In this document: positions 1 through 7,369 of the stretch, piece by piece
Position numbering within the stretch: the stretch's first letter is position 1
Layout of the letters: each line of letters opens with the position of its first letter
Position numbers and translations under genes: made by a program
The notes under the pieces: generated by a model
The model's database searches: none
The model's input: only the letters and a program-made list of their open reading frames with translations
Told to the model about the DNA's origin: nothing
Source of the DNA: Candidatus Omnitrophota bacterium
Lineage (GTDB): Bacteria > Omnitrophota > Gorgyraeia > JAHJTE01
DNA length: 56,647 bases
Assembly: GCA_040753675.1 (NCBI GenBank)
Contig: JBFMEB010000011.1
Location: 1-56,647, forward strand
Direction: 5' to 3'

Positions 1-120
1 TGCCTACAGCAGGCCGAACGGTAGCACGCGGGATACGGGAGCGCCGGCCCAGGCGCGGTGTCTAAAGTTCATTGAATTTTAAAGAACGAATAAAGCGTAT
101 TGTAAAGCCGAAGCATAAGG

Positions 121-171
121 TCATCCGTAGGTTTGCAGAAAGACCATTTGATTTTTCATTTTTTTCTTCAT
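121..171 (-). pseudogene. 5' fragment of miaB (copy C): MKKKMKNQMVFLQTYG-stop
   Basis: Hand translation matches the MiaB N-terminal motif [VI][YF][IL]xT[YF]G-CQMN up to the Gly. The Cys codon position is TGA, then unrelated sequence. Starts 17 bp after the upstream stop codon. Confidence 0.65.
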
Positions 172-187
172 AGGATGATACTTTTCC

Positions 188-877
188 TTACTCGTGTTGC
201 TTATTGTTTTTGCGAAAGGCAAGAAGAAAGATGACCGCGGTAAAGATTAAAATAACTAATGAAAGTTCCAGAATCTCATCAAAAAATTCGCTAAAACCGA
301 ACAGTTTTACGTCTTGCCAAATCTCTATTATAAAAATAGCTGTTATGGTTGCTATTAATGGTACCAATTCCTTTTTAAGCCAAGATAATTTTAACAAAAA
401 TATGTAGTTCTTAAAATCTGATAGCCCGCGGATATTAGGAAAGTATTTCGAAACTGACTTGCAATAATTTTTATAGTCTTCGCCAAATCGCTCTAACAAT
501 ATTTTTTCTTCTTTATTTACTTGAGGAATATAAATAGAAAAATAAATAATAAGAAATATTAGCAGTGTCCACAATCTAAGCAAGATTGCTATAACTCCAG
601 TTCCAATCAGCAGTGTTCCAAAATACATGGGATTTCTCATCAAAGAGTAAGGTCCATTTATAACAAGCCTACTGCCTCCGTGGGATGTTTCTTCTTTGTG
701 CCCCCTTGCCACAATGCGTAAAAGGAATCCAAATAAAACTGATAGTATTCCAACTATATCGAAAAATTCATCTGCGGGTCCTTCTTTCCAACTTGCGATT
801 GTAAATCTGGCAAACATAATAAATAAAAGTACCACAAGAAATATGAACATGCCCTGAATTCTAATTCTCTTCTTCAT
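188..877 (-). CDS. Isoprenylcysteine carboxyl methyltransferase (ICMT/PEMT) family membrane protein
   Basis: Motif LVINGPYSLMRNPMYFG...EEKILLERFGEDYKNY, plus several TM segments. Confidence 0.85.
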   Translation of the reverse strand: MKKRIRIQGMFIFLVVLLFIMFARFTIASWKEGPADEFFDIVGILSVLFGFLLRIVARGHKEETSHGGSRLVINGPYSLMRNPMYFGTLLIGTGVIAILLRLWTLLIFLIIYFSIYIPQVNKEEKILLERFGEDYKNYCKSVSKYFPNIRGLSDFKNYIFLLKLSWLKKELVPLIATITAIFIIEIWQDVKLFGFSEFFDEILELSLVILIFTAVIFLLAFRKNNKQHE

Positions 878-914
878 TTATTAACGCTTCCCCTTCCCAC
901 CCATGGTCCGTCTT

Positions 915-968
915 TTAGGTGTCCATCAGCCAGCCAAAGGTAGCAATGTAAATACGTTTGTTATTCAT
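915..968 (-). pseudogene. 5' fragment of miaB (copy B): MNNKRIYIATFGWLMDT-stop
   Basis: IYIATFG followed by TGG CTG ATG GAC, which is 3 substitutions from TGC CAG ATG AAC (CQMN). Starts 21 bp after the upstream stop codon. Confidence 0.7.
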
Positions 969-988
969 TGATATTAATCAAAAATCTT

Positions 989-2017
989 TCATTTATTTTT
1001 TAGAAAATTAGTTTTTATATAATCTGTTAGATATTGGCCGCAAACTTTTTGGCCTTTCTCCGTCCAATGATCATCATTTCTTTCCCACTTTCTACCTTCT
1101 GCGGCCCATGCCAATCTCGGTATCTCTTCAAGAAAATTAATATTATAATGGCGAAATATATTTTTAAAATGGCTAAAATACGGCTCGTCATCAAAAACAG
1201 GGAATGCAATAAGAGAGGCCCGTCCACACCTTTTTTTAATCATCCCCATTAATTCCGCAGTCGTGTCTACCGAGCGCTTAAATCCCTCTAAACGGTCTCC
1301 TTCGGATTGAACATATTCTTCTATAGTCCTTAGATAGCCCTTATTGTTTAATTCCACTAATATCCTATCAAAATGATATGATATAAAATAAGCTAAACGT
1401 GAATACGGAATAATGTAACCTCTGAAAAAAGGCCCCCTGGGGAAACGATACTTAATTTGCCCATTTTCGTAATACGGCCTTACCTTGTGATTATTATGAA
1501 TAAAACTTTTTCTCTCTAAGTCCCAATCGTTATTGATAAAGTCGTTACTGCATGTTTGTAACACTACCAAATCTGGTCTAATGTTATCAATATATTTATC
1601 TATCACCAAATACTCCTGTAATGTCCCATATCCTGACGCGCCATATACAAATAATTCTATGCCTAACTTCCTGCTAACAACATCATAATACATATCCTTC
1701 TTATCCAAATACTGAGCTGTAAAAGAATCTCCAATAAAGAATATCTTCATCTTTTTATCAGACTGCGAGTCACCCATGATTTTTGTACCTCCCCAACCTA
1801 ATAGGGGATCATAACGCCTAACACGTGTTTTAGCAAGAAACGGCACGTTATATCTGGATTGAAAATAAACTCTTAAAGTCATTTCGAGGGCACATAGTAA
1901 GATAAAAATAGACATTATCACTAAGAATAGAATATTAAAAAGAATTTTCCTCTTCCATTTAGACAAAGATGAAGATGGAACTATTTTTTGCTCACTATCG
2001 ACCTTATTCATAGTCAC
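989..2017 (-). CDS. SGNH/GDSL hydrolase family protein with N-terminal membrane anchor
   Basis: Block I FIGDSFT, GASGYGT, block III ND, and DDHW (DxxH-type). Confidence 0.85.
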   Translation of the reverse strand: MTMNKVDSEQKIVPSSSLSKWKRKILFNILFLVIMSIFILLCALEMTLRVYFQSRYNVPFLAKTRVRRYDPLLGWGGTKIMGDSQSDKKMKIFFIGDSFTAQYLDKKDMYYDVVSRKLGIELFVYGASGYGTLQEYLVIDKYIDNIRPDLVVLQTCSNDFINNDWDLERKSFIHNNHKVRPYYENGQIKYRFPRGPFFRGYIIPYSRLAYFISYHFDRILVELNNKGYLRTIEEYVQSEGDRLEGFKRSVDTTAELMGMIKKRCGRASLIAFPVFDDEPYFSHFKNIFRHYNINFLEEIPRLAWAAEGRKWERNDDHWTEKGQKVCGQYLTDYIKTNFLKNK

Positions 2018-2048
2018 CTATTCTATTCAATATTTCAAGTAGAATCGC

Positions 2049-2092
2049 TCAGCCAGAAGTCTTGATATAAACTGACTGATATTGGTTGTCAT
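2049..2092 (-). pseudogene. Degenerate 5' fragment of miaB (copy A): MTTNI/SVYIKTSG-stop
   Basis: GTT TAT ATC AAG ACT TCT GGC TGA (VYIKTSG-stop). The ATG at 2092 is one base out of frame and lies 10 bp after the upstream stop codon. Confidence 0.55.
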
Positions 2093-2101
2093 CTCTTGAA
2101 C

Positions 2102-3766
2102 CTATAAAAGCCTTATCAAATCTTTCTTCAATAACCACATAATATGAAATTTTGCTAAAGATAACTCCGCATGCGAAATATCGTTGGCATATTTTACTAA
2201 CTGATCAATCGTAGCATTTTTATTGTCAAAGAGAAAAAGCAATATAATATAAATCACCGGGAGCGAAATAACTTCTTGCAATTCCTCGGGTATTTTAAAG
2301 GGTAATTTCTTTAGCTTAAGAAATAAAAGACCATTTTTACTCATAGTAAGCCTAATTCTCCCATCTAGAACCCGAGTAGGATAATGGTGAAATGATTCGA
2401 AATATCTCCTTCCCGGATGCCAGCTTGGCTTCTTAGCTATTCTAACTGCATTAGCTAATTCATATAATTTCACCCACAATTTTTCATATGCAGGTATCAA
2501 GATTTTCCAATCATAGATATTTAAAGCATTATTTCTTGCATTACGTCCAAATCTTAAACGCAACGCCTTATTCCTAACTAAAATTGATAAATACTCTGCG
2601 AGTTTTCCGACATCAATGCAGAGAGATTGTGCTAAATAAAGATGATCTAACACCCAAGGACCTTGGGGGTGAACGGGACAGACAGGCAGCAGGTCTTGAA
2701 TATTACAATCTAACCAATAACTAGGTACCCGAAATCCCGTCTGGTTATGAATGACTGTATCTTTATGACCATCCCAATCCGACACAATTGTCGCTAACCC
2801 CGCGGCCATTGCTTCAAGGACAGTGATTCCAAAAGACTCTTGAATATTGTCACTAGGAGAAACAAAAATATCGGCTGCCTCGTACAACAGATATTTTTTA
2901 TCTAAGAAATTACGAAATATAAATTTTGTATTCTGGGCCAGCCCCATTTCCGCGGCAACACGTTTAAGTTTTTGTCCGTATTTATGTTGCACATCGGTCC
3001 CTGCCAATAATAAAATAATATTGCCTTTCTTTCTTATTATTTCTTTAAGGGCAACCAAGAGCGGATAAAGATCTGCTTTATCGTAAAGAGAGAAACGCCC
3101 AAAATAAAGAATTACGATTTTATTCTTATCTATCCCGAGTTCTCTTCTAGCTTTTAATTTATCGGATATATTGTAACTGCCGGCATCTATGCCAAAAGGC
3201 AAAAGATCCAGCCTGCCGGTATAATGGATTTCTGAAGAAAAATTTTTTAAAAAATATGTACCTAATATCCTGTTATATTGTTCTACCACTTTAAGAACAG
3301 AATGACTAGTGCAAATAATCGAGTCGAAAGGATAAACCCGAGCCGTAAAATTGTTAAAAAAATCCTGATTGAGTTTAAAATGATAACTTATACTTTCAAA
3401 GACAATACCGCATATGGGAAAATATTTTTTAGCATATTTAGAGCGAAGATAGACCAGTTTAGAAATATCAGAACTGCAAGTAAAAAAAACCGTATAATCT
3501 GTTTTGCTAAGATATTTGCCTAATTCCTTCATATTTACTATTTTTATTTTATCAAGGTCAATATTAAGAGTCAGAAGATTCCTCTTGATAATATCTTCGG
3601 ATCTCCTTGAATCAACAAAAAGGTGATATTCATCAAAACTGCCATACTTAAGCAAGCCTTTGTAAAAGCTGCGCGCTCCTACCCATGCACCATAGACCCA
3701 ACTATCATTACTAATGTCCCAGGCCATAGGAAATGAGCTTGGGTCAATAGTTCCAAATATTTTCAT
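2102..3766 (-). CDS. Glycosyltransferase family 4 (GT-B) with C-terminal extension
   Basis: LYFGR, ADIFVSPS, ESFGITVLEAMAAGL (E-x7-E motif). Confidence 0.9.
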   Translation of the reverse strand: MKIFGTIDPSSFPMAWDISNDSWVYGAWVGARSFYKGLLKYGSFDEYHLFVDSRRSEDIIKRNLLTLNIDLDKIKIVNMKELGKYLSKTDYTVFFTCSSDISKLVYLRSKYAKKYFPICGIVFESISYHFKLNQDFFNNFTARVYPFDSIICTSHSVLKVVEQYNRILGTYFLKNFSSEIHYTGRLDLLPFGIDAGSYNISDKLKARRELGIDKNKIVILYFGRFSLYDKADLYPLLVALKEIIRKKGNIILLLAGTDVQHKYGQKLKRVAAEMGLAQNTKFIFRNFLDKKYLLYEAADIFVSPSDNIQESFGITVLEAMAAGLATIVSDWDGHKDTVIHNQTGFRVPSYWLDCNIQDLLPVCPVHPQGPWVLDHLYLAQSLCIDVGKLAEYLSILVRNKALRLRFGRNARNNALNIYDWKILIPAYEKLWVKLYELANAVRIAKKPSWHPGRRYFESFHHYPTRVLDGRIRLTMSKNGLLFLKLKKLPFKIPEELQEVISLPVIYIILLFLFDNKNATIDQLVKYANDISHAELSLAKFHIMWLLKKDLIRLL

Positions 3767-3842
3767 CTCGCCCCCTAATTTCTAAATTCAATATGAATAG
3801 TCTCCGAGAATATGAACAGTTAAGAAACAAAAAGGCTTTTGC

Positions 3843-4625
3843 CTACCTCGGTCTAGCTATAACATAACCAATAGTATCATCATCTAAATAAATTTCTTCT
3901 ATTTTAAAACCAGATGCCTTTAGTTCCATCACTGCCTCATCCTTATTATAAAAATAATGGAGGAATTCATATTCGCCTTTTAATTCATCTCCAGCTTGAT
4001 AGCCAAGATTACCTAAGGTTAAATATCCTATTGCCTTTAATAATGATGTGCGATAGGTTGGCGTGAGTTCCTTTTTACTTAAGAAGGTAAGTATGAATAG
4101 TCCGTTGGGCTTTAGAATATCTCTCAATTTCTTTAAAAATTTTATTCTTAAGTTATACGTAGGGATAGAACTATATGTTCCAGAGAAGATGCCTGCATAA
4201 TCAAAGGAAAATTTAGGAAAAGAAATACGGCTTATATCTTGTGTTTCGAAAACCAAGTTAAGCCCTCTTTCCTTTGCGTTTCTTCTTGCAACATCTACCA
4301 TGCCTTCAATAAAGTCAACGCCTACAACTTCAAAACCAGCTTTAGCTAAAGCGATTGCCTCCCTGCCACCTCCACAGCCTAAAACTAAGAATTTACCGCC
4401 TATTATCTTGTATTTCTCTATTATCTTTTTTTCTTCAGGTAATAAAACAGGGACGGCATTCCCAAAATTCCTGATGTATTCATTTCTTGTATATTGCAAT
4501 TTATTACTTTCAATTAAATCTCGAGGAGTTAAGATAACTAAATATAATCTTCTTAGATAATATGAGACTTTAAGTAAAAATAAACCTATATACAATCTTA
4601 TGCGCATATATTTTAAAATTCTCAA
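3843..4625 (-). CDS. Class I SAM-dependent methyltransferase (start may be ATG at 4607)
   Basis: LVLGCGGGRE, VVGVD, SFD, LKPNG motifs. Confidence 0.9.
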   Translation of the reverse strand: MRILKYMRIRLYIGLFLLKVSYYLRRLYLVILTPRDLIESNKLQYTRNEYIRNFGNAVPVLLPEEKKIIEKYKIIGGKFLVLGCGGGREAIALAKAGFEVVGVDFIEGMVDVARRNAKERGLNLVFETQDISRISFPKFSFDYAGIFSGTYSSIPTYNLRIKFLKKLRDILKPNGLFILTFLSKKELTPTYRTSLLKAIGYLTLGNLGYQAGDELKGEYEFLHYFYNKDEAVMELKASGFKIEEIYLDDDTIGYVIARPR

Positions 4626-4632
4626 TTAATAT

Positions 4633-4641
4633 ATTATAGCA
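4633..4641 (-). promoter_or_regulatory. Extended -10 promoter (TGcTATAAT) reading leftward into the methyltransferase/GT4/SGNH/ICMT run
   Basis: Perfect TGnTATAAT just upstream of the methyltransferase gene. Confidence 0.55.
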
Positions 4642-4728
4642 GGAAATTGACTTTGGTAAGAAAAATTTTCTGTAAGAAAATGGACAGGGTAAAAAGAAAA
4701 AACCTAAGGAAGTGCTAAACTAAGCTTT

Positions 4729-5331
4729 TCAAAATAATGCCTGAAACTTTTCAATTTCTGCCTTAACATCGCACTTTGTTACTACCGCAGATATCGCGCA
4801 TAAGCCATCAGCTCCGGCATCAATGACTTTGCCTGCATTAAAAAGAGTTATCCCCCCAATTGCAATTATCGGGATTCTAATGTGTTTTCTTATTTGCCTT
4901 ATCAGCTCAACACCAGTAGGCCTTCCTGCATCTGCCTTTGTCTTTGTAGCAAAAATAGGAGATATGCTTATATAATCTGCCCCTAATCTTTGCGCTTTCA
5001 GCGCCTCGTCTATATTATGTGCGGTAACTCCAATTATTTTTTTCTTACCGAGTAGTTTACGGGCAACGGGAAACGGCACGTCGTCATTGCCGATATGCAC
5101 TCCGTCTGCATCAACTGCTAAAGCTATATCAATCCGGTCATTTATAAGAAAATTTATTTTTTTACAAATTTTTCTTAAACTTAGGGCCTCATTATACATC
5201 TCTATAGTGCTTCTGTTTTTTTCTCTGTATTGTACTACCTTCACATTCGCACTAAGCGCAGCTTTTACATCTCTGACATTGCCGACACGGCTTAGTTTAG
5301 AGTCAGTTATAAAATAGTAACCCCTTATCAT
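4729..5331 (-). CDS. thiE: Thiamine phosphate synthase
   Basis: QYREK, INDRIDIA..DGVHIG, IFATKTK, AIGGI; in a thiamine operon. Confidence 0.95.
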   Translation of the reverse strand: MIRGYYFITDSKLSRVGNVRDVKAALSANVKVVQYREKNRSTIEMYNEALSLRKICKKINFLINDRIDIALAVDADGVHIGNDDVPFPVARKLLGKKKIIGVTAHNIDEALKAQRLGADYISISPIFATKTKADAGRPTGVELIRQIRKHIRIPIIAIGGITLFNAGKVIDAGADGLCAISAVVTKCDVKAEIEKFQALF

Positions 5332-6131
5332 GTCTCTATTCTCTGCATATTATCAATGGTTTTCCTGTCTAAATTATAAATACAATCAAAGAGTCTTTCT
5401 TTAAATGCGCCTGGACCGGGTGAATCTTTAGCGGCACATTCTGCTGCAATGCCAAAACAAGCTAAGCCAGCTGCTGCTGCAACCGCCAAATCCTTATTGA
5501 CTGCTGCAAATGTGCCGATAACCGAGGTAGCCATACAGCCGGTACCGACGATATGAGTCATCATCTCATGACCGTTTTTCACGATATAGGTCTTATCTCT
5601 ATCACTAACAATATCTTCTTTGCCTGTCACCACCACGGTGCATTTGTACTTTAAAGTGAGCTTTTTTGCTAATTCTACCATATCCTTATTAACCGAAGTG
5701 GCATCTACTCCTTTTGTCTTAACGGCTTCGCCGGCAACGCGGGCAATTTCAGAAGTGTTTCCTTTTATAATATCTATTTTTACCTCATCCAATAACTCAA
5801 ACGATTTCTCATCCCGTAAGCTAGTTGCACCGGCTCCACAGACATCTAGGATAACCGGAATACCTTTCTGGTTAGCAGAAGCGGCTGCTATCTTCATTGC
5901 TTCTATAAAATCAACGCTAAGCGTGCCGATATTTAACACAAGAGCCGATGCTATTTTTGCCATTTGCGCTACTTCTTCTTTTGCATGAGCCATAACAGGA
6001 GAAGCGCCTAAAACTTTAACTACATTAGCGCAATCATAAATCGTAACCCAGTTAGTCAGATGATGGATAACCGGCTTCTCTTTTCTAATTTTTTCTAATA
6101 GACTATAAACATCGAGCTTAATTTCGTTCAT
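5328..6131 (-). CDS. thiM: Hydroxyethylthiazole kinase
   Basis: HHLTNWVT, GASPVMA, LNIGTL, GTGC. Start taken at ATG 6131 (MNEIK). Confidence 0.95.
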   Translation of the reverse strand: MNEIKLDVYSLLEKIRKEKPVIHHLTNWVTIYDCANVVKVLGASPVMAHAKEEVAQMAKIASALVLNIGTLSVDFIEAMKIAAASANQKGIPVILDVCGAGATSLRDEKSFELLDEVKIDIIKGNTSEIARVAGEAVKTKGVDATSVNKDMVELAKKLTLKYKCTVVVTGKEDIVSDRDKTYIVKNGHEMMTHIVGTGCMATSVIGTFAAVNKDLAVAAAAGLACFGIAAECAAKDSPGPGAFKERLFDCIYNLDRKTIDNMQRIET

Positions 6132-6153
6132 AACAAATAGTTTAGCCGAACTT

Positions 6154-6957
6154 TTACTTTTCTGCAACAGCCAATTCCAGAGAATGGTTCAAGATTGCTT
6201 CTTTAATCTGGCTTGCAACTTTCCTGCCTGAATAAAGCATTGCCCCAAAGGTTGGCCCCATCCTTGGCAGGCCATAAGCAGTAGATACCGACATCCCGGT
6301 AACAAATAATCCCGGATAAATCTGACCTGTCTTTTCCACAATTGCATCTTCTGAAGCATTTACATCCATCGGCCCAAATTCGCAAAGTTTTAAAATACCC
6401 CTTTTCTGTAGAGTCTTGCACACGCTTGCATCATGGCCAGTCGCATCTACCACTGCCTTTGCCTCTAAGGTAATTGGGTCAACGCAAGTTATAGCTCGGG
6501 GCAGGGCAGAAACCGGCGTCCAATTTATCACCGCACCTTCTACTCTGTTATTGCGCAAAAGACAATCATCAACCTTAGTCATATTAAGTATTTTTACCCC
6601 CGCATCAGCTGCTGCAGAAATAAGCTTAGAACAGGCATTCGGGCCGTCAGAAACAAAAAGCCCGTCTTCAACTTCTTTGTGGGGAATTCTTAATTCCTCT
6701 AAAATCTCTTGAGAGGGACTTCTGAATGTTAACGTATTCATTAGATATCCGCCAATCCAAAAACCTCCTCCTATATAATTATTGCTCTCTATAATTAGTG
6801 TTTTAAAACCCTCTCTACTTAGATCCCGGCCCGCCATGAGCCCGCTTGGCCCTGCACCGACAATAATAACGTCAGAAACAATATAATCCTCAAACCACTT
6901 GCTGAATTCGCCGACAATAGCTCTACTTATTTGTTGCTCACTTACCTTTGCAAACAT
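6154..6957 (-). CDS. thi4: Thi4-family thiazole synthase
   Basis: DVIIVGAGPSGL, GGGFWIGG, CVDP, DATGHD, PRMGPTFGAMLYSG. Confidence 0.93.
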   Translation of the reverse strand: MFAKVSEQQISRAIVGEFSKWFEDYIVSDVIIVGAGPSGLMAGRDLSREGFKTLIIESNNYIGGGFWIGGYLMNTLTFRSPSQEILEELRIPHKEVEDGLFVSDGPNACSKLISAAADAGVKILNMTKVDDCLLRNNRVEGAVINWTPVSALPRAITCVDPITLEAKAVVDATGHDASVCKTLQKRGILKLCEFGPMDVNASEDAIVEKTGQIYPGLFVTGMSVSTAYGLPRMGPTFGAMLYSGRKVASQIKEAILNHSLELAVAEK

Positions 6958-6973
6958 ACACCCTCCTTTAATG

Positions 6974-7057
6974 ACCCCTGCCGCTTTGATTCGCTTTGCT
7001 CATCAAAGCGAATCAGCAGGGGGAATTGAACCCTTGACATATTTTATGTCAAGGGTT
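6974..7057. repeat. Two strong hairpins in the thi4 leader
   Basis: TGATTCGCTTTG-ctcat-CAAAGCGAATCA (6987-7015) and AACCCTTGACATA-ttt-TATGTCAAGGGTT (7029-7057). Confidence 0.8.
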
Positions 7058-7132
7058 ATTTTCGCGCCTATAATTTATGTCACTATCGTTCCCTGCCTGC
7101 CGGCAGGCAGGCGTAAATTATGTCCTCAAATA
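7056..7132 (+). repeat. Copy of an interspersed hairpin element carrying a nested 20-bp perfect palindrome (7092-7111)
   Basis: ATAATTTATGtcactatcgttc[CCTGCCTGCCGGCAGGCAGG]CGTAAATTAT aligns with ATAACTTACGtcactaacgttcCGTAAGTTAT at 56483-56514 (minus strand). Confidence 0.75.
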
Positions 7133-7162
7133 AAAAACCCTTATGCCAGAAACATAAGGGTT
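7131..7162 (-). terminator. Intrinsic terminator, expression platform of the TPP riboswitch
   Basis: AACCCTTATG-tttctgg-CATAAGGGTT followed by a T-run on the minus strand. Confidence 0.85.
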
Positions 7163-7177
7163 AAATCAGCTAACTCT

Positions 7178-7320
7178 TTTTCCTACGCTGGCATTATCCA
7201 GTCCCGAATGTAGCTATAACAAGAAGCTATGCTTCGGGATGCCGGTACTGCGGCATCAGGTCTTAAGGGTCTTCTGCTTTTTAGCAGAACTCTCAGGCCG
7301 CGTTACGACCTCCCCTATTT
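7178..7320 (-). ncRNA. TPP riboswitch with a 53-nt insertion at 7202-7254
   Basis: AGGGG..CTGAGA..CCCTT..ACCTGAT[insert]CTGGATAATGCCAGCGTAGGA upstream of thi4-thiM-thiE. Confidence 0.9.
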
Positions 7321-7327
7321 TTATTTA

Positions 7328-7356
7328 ATATTAAATCAAACCGGTAATTTTGTCAA
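7328..7356 (-). promoter_or_regulatory. Sigma70-type promoter of the thi operon
   Basis: TTGACA-17 bp-TAATAT directly upstream of the aptamer. Confidence 0.7.
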
Positions 7357-7369
7357 CACGTATTTAAGA

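Noticed and set aside
121-123. TGA as selenocysteine in a Sec-containing MiaB
   Set aside because: After the TGA the frame reads PYASALQYALFVL-stop rather than QMN, and copy B has TGG at the same position.
3767-3842. Fourth miaB fragment between the methyltransferase and GT4 genes
   Set aside because: Only a vague VHILG frame and a short ACT(G/A)TTCATATT direct repeat; no TxG-TG motif.
7015-7040. tRNA T-arm-like GGGTTCAATTCCC on the minus strand
   Set aside because: Only a 3-bp stem, and no D-arm, anticodon arm or acceptor stem can be built.
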